This document shows, one piece after another, positions 12,450 to 24,200 of a DNA stretch of 64,000 nucleotides (positions are counted from its first letter, which is position 1; each line of letters opens with the position of its first letter). The notes beneath the pieces are model-generated. The model saw nothing but the letters and a program-made list of their open reading frames with translations. It searched no databases and had not been told where the DNA came from. The DNA lies in the NCBI GenBank assembly GCA_030295235.1, contig AP026136.1:1302001-1366000 (forward strand), written 5' to 3'. The stretch comes from Fistulifera solaris. Lineage: Eukaryota. The translations under genes and the position numbers were made by a program.

Positions 12450-13065
12450 TCTTTCGTGATGAGATGACAATGCGATCGGCGTGTTTGCTTGCTTTTGCGC
12501 CGAAAGGACGAGAAATTAATAATACGGAGAAGAAAGAATGAGCGCGAAGATCGTCATTTTGAAAAAATAGCTCGTTGTGGCGCGCCGTCGGGGAAGCAAC
12601 CGGCAGTTACTACCAACACGTGATCCGTGTCTTTCCGCAACCGCTACAATTCATTCATTCTCTTGTCTGCATCGAAGTCGAAGTTCATAATAATATAGAC
12701 AATCCAGACGATGAACGATGATTCCTTGCGGAGATGAAGTATTTGGAAAGTACCAGGTAATCGGCTCCGTCAGTGTCGTACAAAAGCGTCGCTCGCAAGT
12801 ATTAGGCCTTGAAAGAATGTGTAAAAATCGACGTGTTATATAAAATCCGAATCGTTGAGCGGGTGCGAGGTATAATCGCCGGCGACTTACCCAGAATTTG
12901 AAGTTCCGTTTTTCGTTAGCAGGAGCGAGAGAATGCTGCACTTGATACTGGTACGACTAACCTGTAAATCGCGAGCACCAATAATAACATCAAAATACTA
13001 GACGACGGAGTAAATAGTTTCTGGTTCGTTTCTATTCCTTTCGTAGACTATGGCATATTACAATG

Positions 13066-14988
13066 TTACATTCCATTCACAATGGCATTTTGAATATCTT
13101 CAAACGTGACCATGACTTCCATAGGTGCCAAAACAGGCATACGCGTCGATCCGGGGCCACCACCATTGGGACTCATCAGTTTGAAAGGACTAAGACTACC
13201 CTTAGAAGCAGCATCGTCCCAAGTCACCCGTTTGCGCAATTCTGATTGAACACCCGTCAAGAGCAAATGCGCGATGCGTCCATTGCGTTCCGCCATCCAA
13301 TCCGGATCCAAATTCTTGCGCAATAATTCGGCTATAGCTTCGAAACGGACACCTTCTGCGGGGACCAAGCCCTTCTCTTGCAGCATGGCCAAGAACATAA
13401 AGGCAATGTCTTCCGCGGTGGGTTCGAAGAATTCAAGTCGCGTCAAGAAACGACCTTTGAAACCGATATCCGATACAAGGATACGTTGCAAGTCGACAGG
13501 AGCCCCGATCAAAATAACCACAGGGGCATTGTCTTGCGCCAGAGCCTTGGCCATTTCACGGAGTGCTGCGGCACCATGATCACGACCCCTCGGTCGTGCC
13601 GTTGATGGCAAAAGCGTGTAGGGTTCATTCCACACCAAGACACCGCCGGCCGCGCGCTCCAGCAAACGACGAACACAAAAGACGGTTTTGGCTTCACTAC
13701 GAGGATCCACGAGATCCGCACGACTGCATTCTACAACGTTACGTGTTTGCACGGCACCCATGTCGTACAAGAGAGAGGCGGCGAGTTTCGCGGCCGTGCT
13801 ACGACCAGTTCCTGGACTTCCCGTCAAACAGAAATGACGCGGGATGTGCCGCGGCTGCAACTCCAGAGTCCGACGGTACCCACGCATTTGGTTTTTGAAG
13901 GTTTCGAGTCCCACAATTTGTGCAAGAGCCTTTTCGAGAGGATCATCGGCAGGGCATAGCGCGTCTTGGACCATTTGTGCTTCAATTTCTTCTTCACTGA
14001 GAGTAGCTTGCGGTGCGCTTTCTTCTTGATGTGCCTTGCGGACTTGCTCCAGTAGTGTATCCAAGTCACGTACTTGCTGAGGATTGATACCGGCACTGTA
14101 CAAGGCATGCGGTTGTCGTTCGGCAATGTCCAAAAGTAATCCAAGCACAATATCCCTATCTTCATGCATACCGTCATGTTGTTCCATACTTCTTTGCAGT
14201 TCCTTCTCCAATCGTTCACACGCGGCTTGTGCACTCGCCAGAACTTCATCATCGGTTGGTGGAAGTTTCTGTCCTTGTAGCAAAGCAATCACATTAGGAC
14301 TAGCTCCATCGGCAATCGCGAGATCCAGCGGCGTGTTATTGTCATTGTTCTTTTGCAAAGCACCTTCCGGGTACGCGTTGTACAAGGCTTCGACGACCTC
14401 GAGTGGTGCATTGTAATGTGCCGCGTAATGCAAGGGCAAGTTCCCGTGATTGTTCTTTTGGCAGCTCCTTCTGGGTATACTTTCAACAACAATTTCTCTA
14501 CATCTAGCGGTCCTTTCTTCCATGCCGTAAAGTGCAATGCCAAGTTTCCATAGTTATTGGTCATACTGGCTGCTTCGGGATAAGCTTCTAGAAGTGCTTC
14601 CGTGACTTCCAGAGGAGCACGAAACGAAGCCGCCGAATGAAGAGGCAAGTTGCCGCGATCATTTTTGATTTGTGCTTCGTGTCTGTGAGAGTGAGAAAAA
14701 AAACAGGACATGTGTGAGATTCAAGTATGTTTTTCATGGAAACATTGCGGAAACAGGCTGATTCATCGTCGACGAATGCGAGCAAATGAATCGTAATCGA
14801 CAGCAATCTCTCGCTCAAATCTAGCGCAATCCTCCTTAGGGAAGGATGGCTACAGACACTAATATCCGCAAGGCAACGCACCTTGTAGCCGGATCTTTCG
14901 CTCTAGCAATCGCCGCTTTCCAACCTTTTGCTAGATCATGCAAATCAACATATTCACCGCCACTTCCTGCGACAGCTCGACTTGTCAT
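13066..14988 (-). CDS. Ankyrin-repeat + CbbX/SpoVK-type AAA+ protein with degenerate Walker A/B (paralog A)
   Basis: Exon 1 14988-14882 (MTSRAVAGSGGEYVDLHDLAKGWKAAIARAKDPAT), GT-AG intron 14881-14683, 4 ankyrin-like repeats with one apparent 1-nt deletion near 14460, coiled coil, then an AAA domain: IVGLETFK, GSPGTGRS, SRADLV, GGVLVWNEPY, IGFKGRF, ERNGR. Confidence 0.85.
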
Positions 14989-15635
14989 GTTGTTGTGCTG
15001 ATTTGTGTGTTGTTGCTATCCACGGAAAAAGATAAATCAGTTGTATGTATTGAATAGCACACAGGTCTTGCTTGCTACTGCTGCGTTGAGGTTCTAATAC
15101 AACAACAATAAAAAAGAAAAAAGACGCTTGCTGTACGGTCGCTGCTGTCTGTTGTTGTTATTATATTATTATTGCTGTTGTTGTTGTTGTTGTTAAGATG
15201 TTGATATAGACGCAAGAGACGCGCGACCGAGGAAGATTTCCCACCCTAATTTTTTCAGTCTCAACGGATCCTTTTTCTCGTCCATAGACCGTTGAGTACC
15301 GTTTCAGTCACATGATTAGAAATTTCGGCTACTACAAAAATGACAGTCGTGTAAACACAAAGAGAGGTTCAACGGGCGCGCTCTTTTCGGCGCGGTCCTC
15401 TGTTTTGCGGCACAGGCGGGTCGGCGGATTCGCAACAACAATAACAAAGAAGCAACACCAATAACAGCCTTTCTCTTGCTCTGCTGCTACTCGGAACGAT
15501 ACTATCCTTGTCGTTCGTGTTATCTAGAGAGGAAAGGGTGTATCTTATCTTCATACAAAGACAATCCCTTGTTGCGCGCTCCAGATCTAATTCCATCATA
15601 GATTCATTCATTCATTTGGAATACAAATTGAAAAA

Positions 15636-17462
15636 ATGTCAACGGATACAATAATGCACGATTTGTGTAAGGGCTTTGGTGCCTTATTGATGCGTAGTAA
15701 GGTAAGTTACAAGGAAAGGACTTCCTAACGCATGCATATTGCGTAAAGAAGAATTGGAAAGACGAAAATAATGTCGAGCTCTTCCCCCTGCATTCAAACT
15801 CACTCGTCACTCACACAATCACTCTTTCATTTTTTTTCGCAGGAACCTTCCTTCCCGGAAGAAGCTTCGCGTGTCAATGATCGCGGAAATTTGCCCTTGC
15901 ATGCGGCTTGTAGTTATCAAGCTTCGCCGGATATTCTGGAAGCTTTAATTCGAGCCTATCCGGCCGGATGCAGTCATCCGAACACTACGGGAAATTTACC
16001 CATTCATCAAGCATGCATGTGGCAAATCCCTTCCGAATCGTTAGAACTATTGTTGCACAAATATCCTGCCGGAGCCGCCGTACGCAATCAGTACGGAAGT
16101 CTTCCTCTCCATATGGCTGCTTCCAATCAAGCATCGCCCGAGAACATTCGTCTTCTCATTGATGCTTATCCCGATGCCTTGCATCTGCAGAATGATGACG
16201 GCATGACGCCCTTGGATTTGGCACTTGCGGATCAAGAGGCAGTAAGTGATGCGGTCATTGCACTCTTGGAAGGACGTCCGGCGCCTCCGGAACTCACAAG
16301 ACGTCAAAAAGCGGAAAAGTATCAAGAGCGGGCTGCCGCCATGGAACGTAAATTGGCTTCCTTGCAAAACACCGGATCGCGTCGTGACAATGATGTCAAG
16401 GTTGTACTGGCTGCCGTGCGACGCTTGGCAGATCGGATTCCGCATGCTCTCTATGTCGCCGGTGTCGATCCCAACCAATTGGAAGTTGCCCTTTCGGAAG
16501 CATCGCCACAGAGTGATCCGGACATCATTCTACTCGAAACCATCCGCAAACGTGGCAGTGGTGTTCGTGATCGCGTTGAAGATCTTTTGGGCACCATTGT
16601 CGGACTCGAGCACATTAAATCACAAGTCCGTGGTTTGCGTCGTTCCGCGGAATTGAGTGACTTGCGTACGTCTCTCATGCCTTCCAAGAATTTGGTGCAC
16701 CTGTTGCCACCCGCGTTAGCACAAGAGACAGCGCGACCGGCTGCTAGTGCAATGGTCTTTTGTGGGAATCCGGGTACTGGCAAAACAGCGGTTGCGCGCT
16801 TACTGGCCAAAGTATATCACGAGCTGGGTGTCTTGCGCAAACCCAAATTTCTAGAAGTGGAACGAATGGATTTAGTAGGAAAGGATGTCGAACAAACCAA
16901 GTTGAAGACAAAAGAAGTGCTAGAAGAAGCGGCCGGAGGTGTGCTTTTAATTGATGAAGCATACACGTTGGGGATGGCGAGTCGTCGGAACAAGGTGGAT
17001 GCGGGGGCATCGGCCATGGCAGAACTTGTGTACGCGATGCAAGACAATTCCAACAATCCCAGCTTCCCTCTAATAATACTGGCGGGTTTTACTTTGGAAA
17101 TGCAAGCCTTCTTGGCATTCCAACCTGAATTGCGTAAATGCTTTCCAGCCGTGTACGAATTCCCAGACTACTCATGCGCGGAGTTGGGACAGATCTTTGG
17201 TGATTTGGCTGCATCAAAAGGCTTTGATGTAGAAGAATCGTTGACATCGTCGTTCATTGCAGGCCTTTTGGAACGCGAAACGACTCCAGCATGGCGGTCC
17301 GAACGAAATGGCCGTGTTTGTGAAATGTTATTAACCGGTGTGCGTACGCAAGTCCGCAAACGTATGCGTATCGCACAAATGGAAGGAACGGATGACCAAT
17401 TTGATCCGCACTTGATTTTGAAAGAAGATGTGGAGAATGTGATGAAGAGTGATTTCAAGTAG
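15636..17462 (+). CDS. Ankyrin-repeat + CbbX/SpoVK-type AAA+ ATPase (paralog B)
   Basis: Exon 1 15636-15701 (MSTDTIMHDLCKGFGALLMRSK), intron 15702-15842 (gtaagt...tttcgcag), 4 ankyrin-like repeats, coiled coil, then an AAA domain: IVGLEHIK, GNPGTGKT, ERMDLVG, GGVLLIDEAY, PELRKCF..EFPDY, ERNGR. Confidence 0.9.
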
Positions 17463-17689
17463 TAGTGATTGAGTAAAAAAAACTTAACAACGATGATGTT
17501 TAATAACTGATAGCCGATAGCCGAAAGTGCAAGTCTCCGACAACACTATCAGCAACAATGCAAAGGAATAGCGCCTAAGACCCAAAGAACGAAATTCTCT
17601 TTGATTACCTTTTTAAAAAACGAGACCTGGTATGCTTTTCTCCGCCACTAGCGCATGAGCAACGTTCTGTGTACGTCAAAACGTCACTT

Positions 17690-17890
17690 ACCAAGAATTT
17701 CTGAGGATGTAAACTAATCACAATATGCGCAGATTTTCTGTGTACTTGAGAACACCACGTGACTCTTAAGTTTTTCTGTGCACGCGAAATCAAAACTTGA
17801 AAATACCTCTTGCCTAGATTTTGGGTGCACGAGAAAACCACACACACAGATTTTCGGACAACGTGGAAACTCCTCTGCACCAGATTTTAT
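17690..17890. repeat. Degenerate copy of the CCCAGATTTTCTGGG satellite
   Basis: aagaattttctgagg, gcagattttctgtg, ctagattttgggtg, gaaaaccacacacacagattttcgg, ccagatttt. Confidence 0.65.
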
Positions 17891-17976
17891 TTTCTTTTGT
17901 GCGCATCTTTTGCATTATTTCATATTATCGAGTGTGTTTATTATCTCAAAAGACGACGCCGTTTACAACATACAAC

Positions 17977-19415
17977 ATGACAGCGAACGACACTCCGCAG
18001 CAGGTGATGCAAGTAATTGCTGATTCTGACGTATGGAATCACCATCTCGCTCCCTTTTGACATTTCAAGATGTCGCTCGCTGCGAGCAAGTTTTTCGTTG
18101 CAATGATAAAGAGAAAACGTGGGAACTATTGTGTGTGCGCGACTTTTCATTAAATTCGAAAGAAGCACCAGATGATTCCTTTCAGACGATTCTTCGAGAC
18201 ATTGAGAAATGGAAAGAAATCTATCGACGCTGGCGGGCTTGGCATGTTCATACGCATCATGTAACGACAACACAACAAGGTTATGATGCGATACAATTGT
18301 ATCAAGACATACAATCTTTTTATATTAGGCAGCACCAACGTAACACACTACCAAAGTCTTATCAAGAGTCTCTGGCTCCTGCGTTAGACAAAAACACCCT
18401 GCTATCGTGGACGGAGCACGCTCTCGTGCCATCGGATCTCGTTGCTTGGTATGCCGTATGTGGAGGACAACATGTCCTTTCGAGGAACTACAGTGACGAG
18501 GACTTTTGGGCAGCATTTTTGGGATGTTACACATGCTACGATGCTTATTACGCTATGCGACTCGTTGATGCTAAAGTTATGGGACCCATGGGTGTGCGCA
18601 GCCAATCCAATTATCCCAACAATCATGTCTTGGTAGCTCTTTGCGTCGGAAATCCCAGGCTATGTTTGTCGGTGAGAAAGGATCCCGGGGACGATCCACA
18701 TGGTCGCCTAGTGCGATTGCATCCCTTTGGTCATAACGACAGGAACTCAATCGTTGTTGGAGATCAAGGTATTTTGCATTATTTTCAAGAATACGTGAAG
18801 CAACTGAGAACGGGAACGTTTCCGATTGCGTCCCTATCACCCGACACACGTCGCGTACCAGGTTTCGTGCTCTTTCCCGACGCTGGAGATGCCGTGTCCG
18901 TTTGTATCACTCACGGAATCGAAGTCCGTGCGAGCGCACGGTGGTTTCCTACATTTAGCAACAACAATATTCAGCCATGGCAAGAAGACGAGGAAGGCTT
19001 GAACTTTGGCTACAGTTTTCGTATACGAATGGTGGATTCCTCTGTCGGAAGCATATGCCAACTTGTATCGCGGCATTTCGAATTCGTCAATGGTCACGGT
19101 GTAGTTCGTCGCATTGATGGAGATGCAGTGGTGGGGAAACAACCTCTCTTCTTCTTTAACGAATCTCAGGGCATACAATCGTTTGGATATCATGATCTAG
19201 GGCCTGCCGGAGACGAAGAAACTTATTCGAATATGGCATTTACCTATCAGAGTCAAACGGGCCCCACAGCTGGTACGACACGTCAAGATACGCACGGAGC
19301 TTATATAAAAGGATTCTTTCGTTTTGTTCCAGGAAGCATCGAAGAACCCAAAGGCCCATTGTTTGACGTTCCTTTCAACCCTTTTCCTTTGACTGTTCCA
19401 TTTCCCTTTTACTGA
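17977..19415 (+). CDS. F-box / SMI1-KNR4-like / ApaG-domain protein (SKIP16/FBXO3-like)
   Basis: F-box-like start (ATG 17977, frameshift at a T-run near 18056), then 'LFPD..SVCITHGIEVRAS', 'YSFRIRM', 'CQLVSRHF', 'IDGDAVVGKQP', 'FTYQS' and 'GFFRFVPGS...FDVPF.PFPL'. Confidence 0.8.
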
Positions 19416-19556
19416 GCTTGACATGTAGATGTTATACCCACTCTTGCGTGTCTGGAGCGCCCAACGAACTTGGAGTGATGTTGTATCGAAGCGACAAGTC
19501 TTAGCATGCATGCAAGTAAATATCTATAATTATTTATGAATATTCATCTTAGACCT

Positions 19557-20882
19557 TCACTGTAGATCTTGAACAGCTAAGTGTCGCTCATGGTCATTAA
19601 GTTCATTCCACAGTTTCACAAGGGAATCAGCACCCCATACCACGGAATTCCACGCCATCTCAACCGTTTCTACTGGATGAGTGACCCGATCGAGTGTGAA
19701 ACCCCCAACGTTTTGTATGATTTTCCCGACTCCTCCATGACGCTCCAACTGTCTCGAAAGAAGTCGATGAGCTTGTCGACGAAGTATTTTATTGCTGATG
19801 TGTATCAGTCGAGTTGTGTGATACAATTGAGCTACACCGCGTTCCAGTCCTACCATGAGCGGAGCGTTCTCAAAATTGCTGTACATATGCTGAACGAAGC
19901 CGTCTGCCAGGATGATCGGACAGCCGATGAGAGCGGTCATAGCAGCCACGGGCCAAAGTGTCATACCCAATGCAACAGCCAAGAGAGGTCGATCTTTTGC
20001 AACATCTGTACCCCATTGTAACGTTGACGCAACGGCAGGGCCTAATGGAGGCCAGAGAACTTTCATACGATCCTTTCGTTTTTTTGTTTGTCTTTTTTGT
20101 TCCTTTCCATCGTGTGTTTTCTGATCATAGCTCGTGGATGATGGCGAATTGTCTGTTTGATCAAGGAATTCAATTGTTTGCGACCCCTCAATCGGTTGCC
20201 GCATCATGAGATCTGCAGGAGTGACTGTCGACACAAAGGATTGCAACGAAGCGATAAAGATCTGCGCAACTGTCAATGCCACATCCGCAAGCTCTTCAGC
20301 TTCATCTCTTTCGATCGCCCGCAACGTTCCCTCAACATCTTTGAGTAGTGACGCTGCGGCGTGTATTGCCTTGGTAATGTCGCTTTCTGTGACTTCGCTC
20401 ATCTTGTTCCATTGCAATGTCATTTCCGTGTCCATTTCACGACTATCTGCTCCTTCAACTTCTAATAGTAGGGAATGATGTTGTTGCATATCTTGTAAGC
20501 AAGCTTGTGCGAGTAATTTTCGTTCATCGTCCGTCTGATTGTTTAATTGAGTCGCAACGTGCCCGACGGCATCTGCTAAGCTCTCAGTCGTTCGCATAAT
20601 CGCTTCTCCCAACTTGCCGTTACTTTCAATCTCATTTAACGTACGATCCGCATGATTCAAGAAGTTGGCGGCTTCTTCGATGATTCTTTCCGCAACGTTT
20701 TCGCGTTCCTTTTCCATCTGAGCGGCTTGCTCCAAATCAGACCTCATGAGCGAACTTGTGTACAACCATCTATTCATTGCGTAATTATATTGCGAACGTT
20801 CGTCTTCCTGTTTCAAAGATGGTTGCTTGATTATATTTAATTCAATGCTCTTTATTGCATCATTATCATATATTATTTTCAA
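19557..20882 (-). CDS. Uncharacterised protein (coiled-coil N-half, hydrophobic segment)
   Basis: 441-codon ORF with protein-like composition. No family recognised; the start is uncertain. Confidence 0.7.
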   Translation of the reverse strand: MKIIYDNDAIKSIELNIIKQPSLKQEDERSQYNYAMNRWLYTSSLMRSDLEQAAQMEKERENVAERIIEEAANFLNHADRTLNEIESNGKLGEAIMRTTESLADAVGHVATQLNNQTDDERKLLAQACLQDMQQHHSLLLEVEGADSREMDTEMTLQWNKMSEVTESDITKAIHAAASLLKDVEGTLRAIERDEAEELADVALTVAQIFIASLQSFVSTVTPADLMMRQPIEGSQTIEFLDQTDNSPSSTSYDQKTHDGKEQKRQTKKRKDRMKVLWPPLGPAVASTLQWGTDVAKDRPLLAVALGMTLWPVAAMTALIGCPIILADGFVQHMYSNFENAPLMVGLERGVAQLYHTTRLIHISNKILRRQAHRLLSRQLERHGGVGKIIQNVGGFTLDRVTHPVETVEMAWNSVVWGADSLVKLWNELNDHERHLAVQDLQ

Positions 20883-21260
20883 TACAGTACGTTGTAGAGT
20901 TCGCTGCGAGAAGCGAGAAGTGGAGAACTGCGTACGATTTGGGATTTGCCGTCATCGTCGTGACTCACTCCGACAACTTCCTGCTTCTGCTTTACTGTAG
21001 TCCAAAGTGTAAGCCACCTTTGCGCAGGATTGTGCTCAGTCACGATCACTCCGGCACTTGAGTATTCAGTACTGGTACCGGTACCGGTTCTCCCGAACCA
21101 TCGACTGACTTGTTTTGGTTTTCTCGTTTCTCTTTTTCTTCGACCCAACAGCATCGTCATTATTTCGATCGATCGTATTGCCATTCGAATCCTTCTATAT
21201 GATCTCTTTTTCCTTTCACATACTCATAACACAAATACAAAGTGATTTCTTCCCCTACAA

Positions 21261-24200
21261 ATGTGCCCGAATCCTCCCGAGTCGTCGCTCGACGCAGTGC
21301 CTTCAAAAGATGAATGCGATGTTTCTGCTCCATCTATTTCCAACAAAAATGAAGAATGCGAAGCTGCTGCTCTGAATAACATATGTGACAAAGAAAAAAC
21401 CGGGCGGTCGCCTAATCCTCTGCAATCAGCTTCTTTTGGATCAAAATTATTCTTTTCCTGGCCTTATCCTCTATTGCAACTGGGAATGAAGCGTCCTCTG
21501 GAAGACGCCGATTTGAGTGATATTATGCGAGTCGATTCCAGCGCATACAATGGAGCCTACTTTCAGCGTATGTGGCAGCGCGAAAGAGAAACCAGCACTA
21601 CGAGCAGCAAGAAAGCGCGTCTGCATCACGCCTTCTTTTGGGATTTTCTACGGACTTTGTGGTATGTGCAGCCATTCATGGCTTTGGGTTGTGCAGCACG
21701 AGTCGTACAAGCGGTGGCGCTCGGATTCTTTATCGACTCGCTGGACAATAACAACAATCGCGACAACGACACTCAAGTCATCGGATACGCAGCGCTCATC
21801 TTGGCTTGCGGGTGTATCGTGTTAATGGAGCATCACCATGTTTTCTTCTGGAATTGGAGACGAGGCATGCAATATCGACTGTCAGCCGTTGCTGCTATTT
21901 ACGAGAAGAGTCTTCGACTACCTTCGCTTTCTTCTTCCGAAAGCAAAGTCTCCATATTAAACTTGGCTTCGAATGATGTCGACCGCTTCCTTCTAGCATC
22001 ACTTTTTGCCGGACACTTGTTTTGGGCGCCGTTGCAGTCCCTCGCTATTCTAGCAACGGGTGTGGCTTTGATGGGTGTCGCTTTTCTAGCGGGATTCGTT
22101 CTATTGCTGGTAGTGTTTGTTCCCTTGCAATTTTATTTGAGTCGACGATTCGCGTCGTTGCGGCAACACATAGCAGGTTTCACTGATCAGCGTGTTCATC
22201 AAGTCAAGAATGCACTAAAAGGGATCCGCGTCATTAAATGGCAAGCGATGGAGTATGTATGGCAAAAAGAATTCAAACTACGCGAGCGCAAGAAATGGAA
22301 AAGATTATTCACGCAAATCATCTCAAAGCGTGGAACGAAGCGCTGTTTTTTGTTACCAACATTGTCGTGGCCATGACTATCTTCTTTGTGCATGTCATAG
22401 TGTTGGGCAAAACGCTTGAACCTGGTCACGTCTTTACCGTTTATTCGTTGATGAATATTCTTCAGCTAGAAATGACCAAGCACGTCTCACTAGGCGTCAT
22501 GGGCGTGAGTGAACTGTCCGTGAGTCTGACGCGATTGCAAGCTTTTTTTGAATTGCCGGAGTGGTCTAGTAGTGCACAAGCTGTTTCAAATAGAGAGAAA
22601 GACGACGACAGTCAAGTTGGCAATGGAAACAGCGACAACAAAGTAAACAATACGACAAGTCAAACCAGCTTGGTCATGTCGTTGCGTAATGTTACGTGTC
22701 ATTGGAATCACAACTTCTCTATTGATCTCGCAGCGGGCGACCCCGTTGTTGCATTGCACAACATTACCTTGGATTTTTCGGCTGACTCGCTAACCGTCAT
22801 TTTAGGAGCGGTGGGCGCTGGCAAGAGTGCTTTGCTACAGTGTTTAATTCAGGAATTACCAGTTGCTAGTGGTTCTTTTCGACGGCAACAGAGACACGAC
22901 TTGACCATGGCGTACGCAGCGCAGGATCCGTGGATGATGGATGGAACGGTTCGGGACAATGTGTGTATGGGATTGCCGTACGATCAGGAATTTTATGAAG
23001 AAGTCATGACAGCTTGCGCATTGCAAGAAGACCTCCGACAATGGCCGAAGGGTGATTATACGTGGGTGGGCGATCGAGGTGTACAGTGTAGCGGGGGACA
23101 ACGTGCACGTATTTCGTTAGCTCGGGCACTCTATCGTCGAGCGCAGTTACTCATTTTGGACGATCCTTTGGCTGCCGTCGATGCTGCAACGGGGTTTCAT
23201 TTGTTTCAGAATGCGATCTTGAAAGTCGCTCGACAACATTCCGTGTGTGTTGTCTTGGCAACTCATCAACATCAGCATTTGATGACCACACCATCCTCAT
23301 CAAATTCGATGGATTATTGCCGCTGCGTGTGGATGCAGCAAGGAACAATTGAATGCATCGGCACATACGATGATTGTATCGCTAAAGCGTATGGAACTGA
23401 AATCGAAACAAAAGCTGTCATATTTGAAGCCAAACAGATCATTGAATTGAAAGTTGTTGATAATGACAATGATCTCTTGTCAAAAAAGTCTTGACGACGG
23501 TGACGAGGACGAAATAGCAGACCATCATTCCAGTGCAGAAGAGGATGATACAACGAAGGAGAGAGAAGGGGACGAGGATGATATGAAGGAAGCCAATGTT
23601 CAAGGTTTGGTTCGTCTAGATACCTACACTCGGTATATCAAAGCAATGGGAGGTTTGTGGGTTGGTGCCTTTCTCTTTATATTGTTTAGCATCACACAGG
23701 GCAGTGTATTGGTCACTGTTGCGACGTTCGGACGATGGGCAGAGAGCGATGATCAAGATTCGTGGGATATTGTAGGATTAGCGTTGGGTTTGACTGGAGC
23801 TGTGGTAGCATTGGGCATTTTCCGGGCTTTTTTGTCGCTCAGCTTGACAGTTAAAGCATCTCAACGCTTGCATGATCAGATGACCGAGTCTGTATTACGC
23901 GCCCAGATATCATTTTTGATACCAACCCACTCGGTCGAATTTTAAATCGCTTCAGCGCCGATGTTGGTTCGAACGATGACATGCTACCGCCTACTCTCTT
24001 CGACTTTAGTGTTGTTCTGTTCATTGTTCTTGGTGCTTTGGCCACCACTGTAACCACTCTACCCTTCACGCTTATTGCAATCCCACCGCTGTTGTGGTAT
24101 TTTTGGTGGGTCCGACGCATTTTCGTGACAAGCACCCGTGAGTTGAAACGTCTCGAAGGCTTGGCACGTTCCCCACTCTTTGCCATGCTAAATGAAAGTG

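Noticed and set aside
15771..17462. Calling the AAA gene cbbX (Rubisco activase)
   Set aside because: It has an ankyrin fusion, no targeting peptide, no pore-loop Tyr, and no Arg at the finger position.
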